Of a stretch of DNA of 21,289 nt, positions 5,430-14,886 are shown piece after piece. Position 1 is the stretch's first letter. Every line of letters begins with the position of its first letter. The stretch comes from an uncultured Puniceicoccaceae bacterium. Its GTDB lineage: Bacteria; Verrucomicrobiota; Verrucomicrobiia; Opitutales; Seribacteraceae. Location of the stretch: NCBI GenBank assembly GCA_964576585.1, contig CAZNWO010000052.1, positions 1 through 21,289 on the forward strand. The letters run 5' to 3'. The translations under genes and the position numbers were made by a program. The notes below the pieces were generated by a model. It was not told the origin of the DNA, did no database searches, and was given only the letters and a program-made list of their open reading frames with translations.

Positions 5430-7631
5430 TCAGCTAAATGTCTCCTTCCAACTTCTACCCATGAGAGTGACTTCAGGCTCGAGAACGACTCCGCTGGAAT
5501 CCTTCACCACCTTTCTCACCCTACGAATGAGGCCAATCACCTCCTCGGCGGTTGCCTCTCCTTCATTGACTATAAAATTCGCATGAACGTTCGAAACCGA
5601 AGCGCCACCAATGCTTTCGCCCTTGAGGCCATGAAAGTCTATGAGACGGCCCGCGGAATCGTTTGCAGGATTGCGGAAGATGCAACCCGCACTGGATTCG
5701 TGGGGCTGAGATTTCCAACGCTTTTGGGAGAAATCGTCGATCCTACGACGTATCTCGCGCTTTGCGGAGGACCCTGCACCACGAAGGAGAGCTCGAAGTA
5801 CGACACCTTGCTCGGCCTCGATACAACGACGGTATTCGACAGTGAGGTCGCTCCCCGAAATTTCCCGCATGGAACCATCGGGCATAAGTATGGTGACTCG
5901 TTCCACCAAGTCGCAGAACTCTCCTCCCATGGCTCCGGCATTCATTCGAAGAGCGCCACCCAAGGTACCGGGAATACCCTCGAGAAACTCGAAACCAGAA
6001 AGACCGCGCTCCATCGCCACTCTGCAAATCTCCTTTAATCGTGTGCCGGCATCTGCCATCAGGGCTCGATTCTCCACCTCGCGAACACTACGCCAGCTTT
6101 CACCCGACAGCCTGAGGACAAGTCCATCGTACCCCTCGTCAGGCACGATGAGATTGGAACCTCGCCCGATGACGAAAAACTCGAAGCCAAACAAGGCGCA
6201 AGCATCGACTAGCTCCCGCAAGTCCTCCAATGTGTCGGGCTCCGCGTAGGCCTTGGCCGAACCTCCAACGCGCAAGGTGGTAAGGTTGGCCAAGGGCTTG
6301 TCCATGGAAAGAACGGTACGAGGCGAAATCCTCGACTCAAGGTATTTGCGCCAAGCAGCCCAAGGATTCCCACCGGTCGATTCCATGGCGGCAAAAGCCC
6401 GGGCATACCGCTCGATGTTCCCCGCGCCAAGAAACAGCAATTCATCCCCTTGAGCAGGGCTGGGCCCGATAGCTTCCCGAAGGGAATTAAAGTCATGAAA
6501 GACCTTTGTTTGCTCACGCAGTCGCGGAGGAAGAAAGTCCACGAGACTTTCCGCCATGCCCGAGGCATCGGGTTCCTCGAAAGCTCCATAGGTCGGGAGG
6601 AGAAACAAGTTGTCCGCCGAGGACAGTTCCTCCGCAAAATCAGACTTCAGGGCTGAAGTTCTGGAAAACCTGTGAGGCTGAAAGACTACTTGCAGAAGTC
6701 GATCGGGAGAACGATCCGCTGCTTCGGCAAGGACTGCCTTAATCTCCGCCGGGTGGTGGGCGTAGTCCTCGAGGATATGACGACTCTTCGTTTCCAGAAG
6801 GGTTACCTGCCGACGTTCAAGGCCGGGAAAGTCATCCAAGTCCTCAATTTTAGGTTTCAGGCCCATGGCTCGGCAGGCAGCCACGGCAGCAAGGGCGTTG
6901 CAGCGGTTGTATGATGCAGGGTCTTGCTCGAACTCGAATCCGACCACGCTGCAATGCGAAGAGACACGCGCCAAGTCTTCCAGATCGGATTCGAAAGGGC
7001 TGAGGATAAAGGACTTTGTTCGGGCAAAAAGAGAGGCGAGGGTTTCCTTGAAGGCGTTGCGAGATGCGTATAGACAGGAGTGATCCCAATCACAGTTAAG
7101 AGCCAAGGTCAGGTCAGGCGAAAAGCAATCGATCGTGCCGTCGCTCTCGTCCACCTCGACCACGACCCAAGGAGCTTCGGAATAAGCTGCAGGCGGCAAG
7201 GCGCCTTCGGAGAACAACCCGCCTACAAGGTAGCCGAAATCGTATCCATACTTGTTCAAAAGCCAAACGATCATCGACGCAGTAGTGGTCTTGCCGTGAC
7301 TGCCGACGACGGCTAGAACCTTTCGATCCCTCAAGAGGTCGGCAAGAAATTCTCCACGACGATACACGGGAACGCCCAACTTTTTCCAATGTTCGATTTC
7401 GGGGCGATTCTCCGAAATGGCAGAGGAACGAATGACCACATCGGGTTCGCGCGAAGGAGCGGGATCGGGAAGTATTCCAATACCATGCTCCTCAAGCAGA
7501 CTGCGAACGGGCTCGCGGAAGGAATCATCGAAAGCTTCGACCTCGTAGCCGGCTTGCCGCAGGTAAATTGCCAAAGGAGCCATACCCATTCCTCCGGCTC
7601 CAAGCAAAAAGCAATTTGCGAATGGCTTCAT
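5430..7631 (-). CDS. murC/murB: Bifunctional fusion of UDP-N-acetylmuramate--L-alanine ligase (MurC, N-terminal) and UDP-N-acetylenolpyruvoylglucosamine reductase (MurB, C-terminal)
   Basis: A single uninterrupted 733-aa ORF. The MurC part (about aa 1-415, nt ~6387-7631) has GAGGMGM and the Mur-ligase P-loop GSHGKTTT. The MurB part (from about aa 441, nt ~5433-6311) has LTTLRVGG, GRGSNLIV and SAGCIFRNP. No separate murB is present in the cluster. Its start overlaps the murG stop by 4 nt. Confidence 0.93.
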   Translation of the reverse strand: MKPFANCFLLGAGGMGMAPLAIYLRQAGYEVEAFDDSFREPVRSLLEEHGIGILPDPAPSREPDVVIRSSAISENRPEIEHWKKLGVPVYRRGEFLADLLRDRKVLAVVGSHGKTTTASMIVWLLNKYGYDFGYLVGGLFSEGALPPAAYSEAPWVVVEVDESDGTIDCFSPDLTLALNCDWDHSCLYASRNAFKETLASLFARTKSFILSPFESDLEDLARVSSHCSVVGFEFEQDPASYNRCNALAAVAACRAMGLKPKIEDLDDFPGLERRQVTLLETKSRHILEDYAHHPAEIKAVLAEAADRSPDRLLQVVFQPHRFSRTSALKSDFAEELSSADNLFLLPTYGAFEEPDASGMAESLVDFLPPRLREQTKVFHDFNSLREAIGPSPAQGDELLFLGAGNIERYARAFAAMESTGGNPWAAWRKYLESRISPRTVLSMDKPLANLTTLRVGGSAKAYAEPDTLEDLRELVDACALFGFEFFVIGRGSNLIVPDEGYDGLVLRLSGESWRSVREVENRALMADAGTRLKEICRVAMERGLSGFEFLEGIPGTLGGALRMNAGAMGGEFCDLVERVTILMPDGSMREISGSDLTVEYRRCIEAEQGVVLRALLRGAGSSAKREIRRRIDDFSQKRWKSQPHESSAGCIFRNPANDSAGRLIDFHGLKGESIGGASVSNVHANFIVNEGEATAEEVIGLIRRVRKVVKDSSGVVLEPEVTLMGRSWKETFS

Positions 7632-8764
7632 CCTGCGAAGGGTAAGACGCTCGGAGTCACTTGAGGCAGGGCTTCTTCGTGTAGACGGGCAATAACGTCG
7701 GCAACTACTTGGGCAACCACGTCTCCGGGATCCATGGCGGCGAGGTTTCGTCGAAGCACATCACGAAATTCCTCGTTGAACATTACTTCTCGCACTTCCT
7801 CGAGCAGGTCGTCCTGAATGCGTTCGTCGGAACAGACGATGGCACCACCCTTTTGCTCCAGAAAGGCAGCGTTCAGCGCCTGATGGTCGTCTGCAGCGTA
7901 TGGGTATGGAACCAGAATCGATGGAGTTCTGCATCGAATGACTTCTGAAATGGATCCTGCGCCGGCACGCGAAACTAGAAGATCGGCAGCGGAAAGGACT
8001 GCATTCATCTTGTCGCTAAATGGTACGAAGCGCATGTTGAGGAGGTCTCCGCCGGGTTCCGTCATCTGCACGACTCCCGAGCTCTCGTTACCCATGCCAG
8101 TGAGACAATAAACTGAAATCCCCTCTGATGCCAGCGCCTCCAGGTTTTCCTTCACCCAAGTGTTAAGGGAGGATGCTCCCTGGCTTCCCCCCAAGATCAC
8201 CAGCAGGCGCTCGGTAGACTCTATTCCAAGGATTTTTCGCGCTCTTTCGCGAGGCAGTCGCCGAAATTCACGTCGCAGGGGATAACCTAAGTTGGTAACC
8301 TTTCCAACCGAAACTCCCTCAAGCCGAACTCCCTCCGGCAAATAAATTCTAGTAGCTTTTTTCTTCATCACCCGGATGGAACGGCCAACGGCGCGATTGG
8401 CCTCATGAAGAAAAACAGGAATCCCTCGGACTTTTGCCGCCAAGACAGGTCCAACCATGGTGAACCCACCAAAGCCAAATAATGCGTCTGCCCCCACTCT
8501 GCGAAAAAACCGTAATGAATAAAAGAAGGAACCAATCAACCCGATACAAAATCGAATCAATCCCAAGGGAGACTTTGTCAACGGGGCCCCGGGAAGACAC
8601 TCGAAGCTGAGTTCGGGGTAGTTCTCGGACAACCTTGAGTCGACGGATTTCCTACTGATGAACAGCCAACTGGAATAGCCTCGCTCCTCCAGTCCTTGGG
8701 CAAGGGCAATGCCGGGAGTCAAGTGTCCGCCCGTACCCCCACAAGCGATAATCACATTCTTCAT
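7628..8764 (-). CDS. murG: Undecaprenyldiphospho-muramoylpentapeptide beta-N-acetylglucosaminyltransferase MurG
   Basis: N-terminal IIACGGTGGHLTPGIALA motif, GGSQGA, and dcw position after ftsW. Confidence 0.95.
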   Translation of the reverse strand: MKNVIIACGGTGGHLTPGIALAQGLEERGYSSWLFISRKSVDSRLSENYPELSFECLPGAPLTKSPLGLIRFCIGLIGSFFYSLRFFRRVGADALFGFGGFTMVGPVLAAKVRGIPVFLHEANRAVGRSIRVMKKKATRIYLPEGVRLEGVSVGKVTNLGYPLRREFRRLPRERARKILGIESTERLLVILGGSQGASSLNTWVKENLEALASEGISVYCLTGMGNESSGVVQMTEPGGDLLNMRFVPFSDKMNAVLSAADLLVSRAGAGSISEVIRCRTPSILVPYPYAADDHQALNAAFLEQKGGAIVCSDERIQDDLLEEVREVMFNEEFRDVLRRNLAAMDPGDVVAQVVADVIARLHEEALPQVTPSVLPFAG

Positions 8765-8786
8765 GAGGACAAGAAAGCCTTCTTTT

Positions 8787-9923
8787 TCATAGCTCCCTTG
8801 AATGAGACAAGACGGGGCGTCCCCACGCCCGGAGAACGTTCAGGATCAACCCCACCATTATGAAGGTGACCATAAGATTCGAACCTCCATAACTGATGAA
8901 CGGCAGGGACATTCCCTTGGTGGGCATCGAACCCGTAACCACTCCAACGTTGATGATGGCCTGAAGCGTGATCATGGTGAGTGCTCCCATCGCGAGCAGG
9001 AAGGGGTAGAGACTTTGTGTTTCCCGCAAACGCCAGGAGACAACCACGAAAAGCGTCATGAAGCAAAGAACGATTCCCAGCGAAAAAGCCAAGCCTAGCT
9101 CTTCCCCGATCACGGAAAAGATGAAGTCGGTGTGAGCCTCGGGAAGAAAATGCATCTGCTGGCGCCCTTTCCCCAAACCTACGCCCTCCAAGCCACCCAC
9201 GCCAAAGGCCAGCATGCCCTGCCATAGCTGGTACGCGCTGTCGTTGGCGTTTGCCTCGACGTCGAGAAAGGAAGTTACACGACGAAGACGAACGGGGTCC
9301 AAATAGACCAAAAGGGAGAACAGGGATACCGCCAGTCCTGCGACGGGAAGAAGCCACCGCAGGCTGACGCCTGCAAGAAACATCATCGTGGCTCCCACTG
9401 CACCGCAAAGAAAGGTGGTTCCGAAATCGGGCTGGAGCATGATTAGGAAAAGGATCAACCCGACAATGACCGAGGGCATCATGAAGCCGTGCCAGAAGGT
9501 TCGGATCTGTCGCTGGCGAGTAGAAAGATACGATGCAAGGAGCAGAACCAAGCCAATCTTCGCAAACTCGGAGGGCTGAACCCGAAGAGGACCGAGGCCA
9601 AGCCACCTCTGGGCTCCGTTCACCTTTACGCCCAAGCCGGGTACGAAAATCAGGCTCAGGGCCAAGAGACAAAGCAGATAGAAGGCGACCGACCTCCTTT
9701 GCAGCCAGTCCGGACTGATGCATGCCGCAGACAATCCCGCCACGATCGAAAGTCCCAGCCATATGGTCTGCTTGGTTAGAAGGGCGTGAGCTCCGCGAGC
9801 GGCGCCTGCGCTGAAAAGCATGACCAGACCGAGAGTCGTCAAGGCCAAGGCAACTGCCACGACGATCCCCGGGGCAAAGTTGGTCCTTCCGGCGGACGAC
9901 CTTCCAAGCAAAGCCTGAGCCAC
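8787..9923 (-). CDS. ftsW: SEDS-family peptidoglycan glycosyltransferase FtsW
   Basis: Polytopic membrane protein with the SEDS motifs HTDFIFSVIGEELG and LPFISYGGS. GTG start, with GGAG about 11 nt upstream. dcw position before murG. Confidence 0.92.
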   Translation of the reverse strand: MAQALLGRSSAGRTNFAPGIVVAVALALTTLGLVMLFSAGAARGAHALLTKQTIWLGLSIVAGLSAACISPDWLQRRSVAFYLLCLLALSLIFVPGLGVKVNGAQRWLGLGPLRVQPSEFAKIGLVLLLASYLSTRQRQIRTFWHGFMMPSVIVGLILFLIMLQPDFGTTFLCGAVGATMMFLAGVSLRWLLPVAGLAVSLFSLLVYLDPVRLRRVTSFLDVEANANDSAYQLWQGMLAFGVGGLEGVGLGKGRQQMHFLPEAHTDFIFSVIGEELGLAFSLGIVLCFMTLFVVVSWRLRETQSLYPFLLAMGALTMITLQAIINVGVVTGSMPTKGMSLPFISYGGSNLMVTFIMVGLILNVLRAWGRPVLSHSREL

Positions 9924-9952
9924 TATCCCTTACTCCATCCACCGTCGCCCTA

Positions 9953-11008
9953 CTAGTTGCGGGGCGGGTTGGGATTTCCTTGGTCCGGAGCCTCCACAAC
10001 CGGAACGTCCTTGTTCTTAAAGAATTTTTCCAAGCTTCCACCATCGGGAGCCTTAGGTTCCTCGACAGGAGAATTGGGGGGAGCGGGAATAGCAGGAACG
10101 GGAACGGGTGCAGGTGTAGCCGGTGGAGGAGCATCCGTCGCGGAAACAACCAATGTCTGCCCTTCCCTAATGCTGTTTGCATTCGTCAAACCGTTAAGCT
10201 GCATAATCTCCGCGACCGTAGTACCATTTTGTGAGGCAATTCGCGTGAGGTTGTCTCCCTTCCTAACGACATAAGTGCTCCCACCGGCTGCTGGTGGAGA
10301 AACGGGCGCCGGCGCAACTGTTCCTCCTGCGGGAACGACCAGCGTTTGACCAACGCTAATGGCATTCGCGTTGGCAAGACCGTTGAGGCGAACTATGTCT
10401 GAAATGGTGGTTCCGTGAAGGGCGGCAATTCGCGTAAGACTGTCTCCTGCCTTTACTACGTAGGAAGAGGAACCGGAAGGAACCGGAGCACTTGGCTCGA
10501 CGACGGCGGCAGCACCTGAACTTCCGCCTGCAGGCAGGAGAACCTCCTGTCCGATCTTGAGCGGAGTATCCTTGTTCATACCTGGGTTCGCTCCCAGTAG
10601 AGCATTGAGAGATACGTTATTCTTTCGAGCTATTCCCCACAAGGTATCACCTCGTGCGATCTTGTAGACAGTTACCCCTTCTGCGCTAAGACCTGCTCCA
10701 TCAGGAGCGGAAGGTACGGATGGAACACCCGGCGTCCCGGGAACAATCAACTCTCCCGCTGGCCGAGTGGGCGGGAAACGTCCGTCTCCAGTCGCGCTTG
10801 GCGCCTCGGCAGTTTCCGCTGCACCGTCCCCAGCATTAAATGCGGGATCAACTGAGGTTTCGGGAGATTCAGTCCCGGTGGTAGCGTTATTGTCGTCTCC
10901 GCCTTTCTTGAACTTCTTCAAGACTTGGCAGCCCGGCTGGAACATGACCAGCAGGATAACACCGACGTGCAAGGAGAGGACGATTCCGAATATTTTTGTA
11001 AGTTTCAT
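9953..11008 (-). CDS. Signal-anchored or secreted protein with three LysM peptidoglycan-binding modules and Pro/Ala-rich linkers; no catalytic domain recognised
   Basis: N-terminal hydrophobic segment MKLTKIFGIVLSLHVGVILLVMFQPGC. LysM modules lie at about aa 114-159 (nt 10532-10669), 183-226 (10331-10462) and 246-288 (10145-10273), for example YVVKAGDSLTRIAALHGTTISDIVRLNGL...GQTLVVP. AGGAA sits 7 nt before the ATG. The 29-nt gaps to murD and ftsW imply co-transcription. Confidence 0.85.
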   Translation of the reverse strand: MKLTKIFGIVLSLHVGVILLVMFQPGCQVLKKFKKGGDDNNATTGTESPETSVDPAFNAGDGAAETAEAPSATGDGRFPPTRPAGELIVPGTPGVPSVPSAPDGAGLSAEGVTVYKIARGDTLWGIARKNNVSLNALLGANPGMNKDTPLKIGQEVLLPAGGSSGAAAVVEPSAPVPSGSSSYVVKAGDSLTRIAALHGTTISDIVRLNGLANANAISVGQTLVVPAGGTVAPAPVSPPAAGGSTYVVRKGDNLTRIASQNGTTVAEIMQLNGLTNANSIREGQTLVVSATDAPPPATPAPVPVPAIPAPPNSPVEEPKAPDGGSLEKFFKNKDVPVVEAPDQGNPNPPRN

Positions 11009-11037
11009 GATGATTTTCCTGTTAGCATACTTATGGC

Positions 11038-12327
11038 CTAGCTTAGGGCTGTACTCGCTCGCGCGTTATTCTTCAAACGCAAAACGACGTCGATAAAAGA
11101 TTTTCCCCTCGCCGCGTAGTTAGGAAAGGAATCAAAGCTGGAGAACCCGGGACTGAAAAGTATGTCAGTAAACTTCTTGGCGTCCACAAATGCTGCTCGG
11201 GTGGCCTTGGCGAGATCGCCATAGGACAGACATGGCAAACCTAATGAAGAAAGCATTCTTCGTAGCTCAGGACCAGTTTCCCCGATAAGGTAAGCCTTTG
11301 AAACAAGTTCAGCCATTCGCCTTGCAAACCTTTCGAGATCTCCGCCCTTTGACTGGCCACCGCCGATCCAGAATGGCTTCTCGACAAAGCTTTTGCATGC
11401 AGCCAGCGTGGCAGAAAAGTTCGTTGCTTTGGAATCGTTCCAGAAAGTTGCGTTGCCGAAACTGGCAACCCGTTCCAAACGGTGGGGTTCCCCATGAAAT
11501 TTTTCCATGGTATCTCGAAACACCTTCATGGAAATCTTCTCCTCTTCCGCAAAGGCCATTGCCAGGGCGAGGTTTTCTCGCTGGGGATAAGAAGAAAAGG
11601 GAGAAGACGAAGGAATCTTCAACTTCTCGGCTTCCTCCCGAACAACCACCATAGGCTCTCTAGCCAGCTTCAGATTCTTGGCATCCGAATATTCAAGAAC
11701 AGAAACCCCGCTCAGGAAACAGTCTCCCCGCAACCTTTCCACCAAGCAAGCCTTGGCCTTGAAATAGGAAGACATGTCATGATGGCGATCCAAGTGATCC
11801 TCATCGAAATTCGTCCAAATTACGGAGTCAGGACGAAGAATCTTTAGACTTTCAGTCTGAAAGGAACTCAGCTCGAGAATGGCCGTGCAATTGGGCTCGG
11901 GATTTTTAGCGACAACCTCGGCGAAGGAATTGCCGACGTTCCCGCCGATGCAAACCTGCCTGTCCGCATCCTTGAGCAGCAGCTCGAGAAACTTGACCAA
12001 GGTGGTTTTGCCGTTCGTGCCGGTCACGGCCACTATCCTGCCCGGCCAAAAGGCCGATGCAAAGTCAACCTCTCCCAACAGGAGCTTCCCCGCCTTTCGC
12101 GCTAATTCAAGCCAAGGATGATCCTTGGGGAAACCGGGACTGAAAACCACGACAGAGCAAGCCTGCGCCTCCGTCCACCCGAAGGCGCGGCTCTGCTCGT
12201 CGAAGATTTCGTATTCCCAATCCAGCGAACGAAGCAAGGTTCCCGCCCCGCTTCCGCTGACACCCGCGCCAAGGACTGCGGCGGGTTGCCGACGCAGTCT
12301 TTCCAAGTCACAGATTCCAGTGCTCAA
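11038..12327 (-). CDS. murD: UDP-N-acetylmuramoylalanine--D-glutamate ligase MurD
   Basis: GAGVSGSGAG Rossmann-type N-terminus and P-loop VTGTNGKTT. TTG start preceded by a strong SD (TAGGAGGAAAGAC-TTG) that overlaps the mraY stop. Confidence 0.93.
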   Translation of the reverse strand: MSTGICDLERLRRQPAAVLGAGVSGSGAGTLLRSLDWEYEIFDEQSRAFGWTEAQACSVVVFSPGFPKDHPWLELARKAGKLLLGEVDFASAFWPGRIVAVTGTNGKTTLVKFLELLLKDADRQVCIGGNVGNSFAEVVAKNPEPNCTAILELSSFQTESLKILRPDSVIWTNFDEDHLDRHHDMSSYFKAKACLVERLRGDCFLSGVSVLEYSDAKNLKLAREPMVVVREEAEKLKIPSSSPFSSYPQRENLALAMAFAEEEKISMKVFRDTMEKFHGEPHRLERVASFGNATFWNDSKATNFSATLAACKSFVEKPFWIGGGQSKGGDLERFARRMAELVSKAYLIGETGPELRRMLSSLGLPCLSYGDLAKATRAAFVDAKKFTDILFSPGFSSFDSFPNYAARGKSFIDVVLRLKNNARASTALS

Positions 12328-12337
12328 GTCTTTCCTC

Positions 12338-13474
12338 CTACCTGAGCTTCAACGTCGCCAATCCCGCAATGGCGAACAGAAGAGAAAGGATCCAGAAACG
12401 GATGACGACCTTCGTCTCCTTCCAGCCCTTTAGTTCGAAATGATGATGTATGGGGGACATTCGAAAGATCCGATTTCCCGTTAGCTTGAAGGAGGCGACC
12501 TGAAGGATGACGGAGCCCGCCTCCATCACGAAAATTCCTCCAACGACGATTAAAGTGAGGGGCTGGTGGATCATCAAAGCAATGACTCCCACCAGCCCCC
12601 CGATTGCCAACGAACCCGTATCTCCCATGAATACCTCTGCCGGATGGGCATTGTACCATAGAAAAGCCAAACAGCCGCCCAAGAGGGCGGCGCAGACTAC
12701 CGTGAGCTCTCCCGTGCCGGGAACCCAGCTTATGAGCAGGTAGTCGGAAATTATCGCATTGCCCGATGCGTACGCCATGAGACCGTAGGTCAACGCAACC
12801 GTGACCGTACAACCGATTGCGAGACCATCCAATCCGTCGGTCAGGTTTATCGCGTTGCTCGATCCACACAGGGTAAGAAAAAACAGGATGAATGCCGCAG
12901 CGAGGGGCATAGACTCCATAACCACGTTCTTGTAGAACGGAATCCAGAACTGCAGCATTTCTCGCGAACTGTCCGCAGCTATTCCCTTTGCTCCGGTCAG
13001 CCATTGACTCGTGTGTCCCAAAAGCAAGTAAAGAGCCAAGGCCGTTACCAAAAGCTGCCCGAGGAGTTTGAACCTTCCGGGCAAGCCCTTGCTGTTTTTC
13101 CTCGCCACCTTCAAGTAATCGTCGGCAAAACCGACGCAGGTCAAGCAGGCGTAAACGACAAGCGCGGTAACGACGTAGACGTTCGGGTCTGCCCAAAGAA
13201 TAGAGGATCCGACGACCGACAGGAAGATCAATAGCCCACCCATAGTAGGCGTGCTCGACTTCGACTGATGCAGATCGGCCAACTCTCCGACCTCCTCCTT
13301 GTCTCGAAAGGCTTGACGAGCATCGAGAGATCGGAGAAGCGAAAAAATTCTTGGAGCCAGCAGAAAGCCGAGAAAGAGCGAAGTCGCTCCAGCAAGCATG
13401 GCTCGAACGGAAATGAACTGGAACAGGCGAAGAGGACCGAAAGTCTCCTCGTAAAACTGCAGGTAGCTCAGCAT
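12338..13474 (-). CDS. mraY: Phospho-N-acetylmuramoyl-pentapeptide transferase MraY
   Basis: Polytopic membrane protein with NAINLTDGLDGLA and FMGDTGSLAIGG motifs. Its start overlaps the murF stop. Confidence 0.96.
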   Translation of the reverse strand: MLSYLQFYEETFGPLRLFQFISVRAMLAGATSLFLGFLLAPRIFSLLRSLDARQAFRDKEEVGELADLHQSKSSTPTMGGLLIFLSVVGSSILWADPNVYVVTALVVYACLTCVGFADDYLKVARKNSKGLPGRFKLLGQLLVTALALYLLLGHTSQWLTGAKGIAADSSREMLQFWIPFYKNVVMESMPLAAAFILFFLTLCGSSNAINLTDGLDGLAIGCTVTVALTYGLMAYASGNAIISDYLLISWVPGTGELTVVCAALLGGCLAFLWYNAHPAEVFMGDTGSLAIGGLVGVIALMIHQPLTLIVVGGIFVMEAGSVILQVASFKLTGNRIFRMSPIHHHFELKGWKETKVVIRFWILSLLFAIAGLATLKLR

Positions 13475-14886
13475 CCGGAAGCATCGGGTTTCTCCTCTTC
13501 ATTCGCCCATTCGGGCACGAGCGTTTCCATTGCATTGGACCGACTTCCCTTCAGAAGAACGGCTCCCTCGAAATCGGCGACGATTCTACGGGCCTCATCT
13601 AGGTCATTTGTCGTTTGCACGAGATATTCGGCATGACCATTTTCCAAAATGCCCTCCTTGATCCAAGATGCCTTTTCTCCAACTAGGAGAACTCTGTCGG
13701 AATCTGAAAGCGTAAGCTTACAGCCGAGCGAACGATGCAAGAGAGGTCCATCGGATCCGAGTTCCTCCATCCCACCAAGCGCGTAGAGCTTTGGTGCATC
13801 TCCAGCCAAGCCCCCAAAGAAGCGAATGGTATCGAGCATGGAAGCAGGGTTCGCGTTATAACAGTCCAAGTAGTAAAGATTCCCTCGACCCTTAAGGCGT
13901 TTGCCTCGAAGGGCCGAGGGTTGAAGCAGGGGCAGGCGTCCAGAGACTTCCTCCGTCGTGATGCCCATTTCCAAGGCCGCCGTAACGGCCAATGCGCAGT
14001 TGCTTGCCATTCCCTCCGACAACTCGGGAATCGGGAATGCAAGGGCCGGGCAACCGCGTCGCCTAAGCCATAGCGACGCGGTGTTGCCGGCCTTGTTTGT
14101 TTCAGTCGACGTGTCGAAATATACAATCCCTGAAGGCGGTTCCTCATTTAGGTTTCCGCGTTTCAGGACAAAGGTTTCAGTTGACCCTCGGGCAACATCC
14201 CTAAAAGTTTCAAATCGGAGGCAATCTTCCGGAAAAATCGCCTTGGATACCTTTTCCGAGTCATGAATCAGCCTCGCTTTCTCGAAGGCGACGTTTTCCT
14301 CGGAACCTAAACCCTCGAGATGAGAAGGTCCCACCATGGTTACCAATGCCAGATCGGGAGCAATTGCATGACACAATTTCTGCATTTCCCCAGGCTGATT
14401 TATTCCCGCTTCTACCACCGCCCTTTCGTGTAAGTCGGAATCCAGACGCAGTAAAGTTAAGGGTACCCCGATCAAGTTGTTGAAGTTTCCGTCCGTCGCT
14501 AGACAGGTTTCCCGGCTCAACAACAGTTGGAGGGCGTCCTTGGTGGAAGTCTTTCCACAGCTTCCCGTAATTCCAACGACCTTGCCGGGAAAACTCATCC
14601 GATGATTCCTCGAGATCCGTAAGAATGCCTCTCCCGTATCAAGTACCCTAAGCTGGGGCAGATCGACTCCTTCAACGAAGCGTTCCACGAGGGCGGCCTT
14701 CGCGCCGCCGGCTGCAGCACTCTGAAGATAATCATGACCATCTCGAGCTGCCTTCAGTGCCACGAACAAGTCCCCTGAGCGAAGCTTCCGAGAATCCATG
14801 GAAAAACCACTAACTTCACCTGAGAAAGGCTTGTTCCACTCTCCTTCGGACCAACGGGCCAAAATCTCGGGATCAAAGAAAGGCAT
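13468..14886 (-). CDS. murF: UDP-N-acetylmuramoyl-tripeptide--D-alanyl-D-alanine ligase MurF
   Basis: Mur-ligase P-loop GITGSCGKTSTKD, and a position between murE and mraY. TAATG overlap with murE. Confidence 0.93.
   Translation of the reverse strand: MPFFDPEILARWSEGEWNKPFSGEVSGFSMDSRKLRSGDLFVALKAARDGHDYLQSAAAGGAKAALVERFVEGVDLPQLRVLDTGEAFLRISRNHRMSFPGKVVGITGSCGKTSTKDALQLLLSRETCLATDGNFNNLIGVPLTLLRLDSDLHERAVVEAGINQPGEMQKLCHAIAPDLALVTMVGPSHLEGLGSEENVAFEKARLIHDSEKVSKAIFPEDCLRFETFRDVARGSTETFVLKRGNLNEEPPSGIVYFDTSTETNKAGNTASLWLRRRGCPALAFPIPELSEGMASNCALAVTAALEMGITTEEVSGRLPLLQPSALRGKRLKGRGNLYYLDCYNANPASMLDTIRFFGGLAGDAPKLYALGGMEELGSDGPLLHRSLGCKLTLSDSDRVLLVGEKASWIKEGILENGHAEYLVQTTNDLDEARRIVADFEGAVLLKGSRSNAMETLVPEWANEEEKPDASGC

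Noticed and set aside
8761-10182. 473-aa minus-strand ORF overlapping ftsW and the LysM gene
   Set aside because: It is out of frame with two genes that carry clear family motifs, and it is Arg/Ser/Pro-rich with no motifs. It is a shadow ORF.
12324-13535. 403-aa minus-strand ORF overlapping mraY
   Set aside because: It is an alternate frame of the unambiguous mraY (NAINLTDGLDGLA and related motifs). The translation is Arg/Gly/Ser-rich junk.
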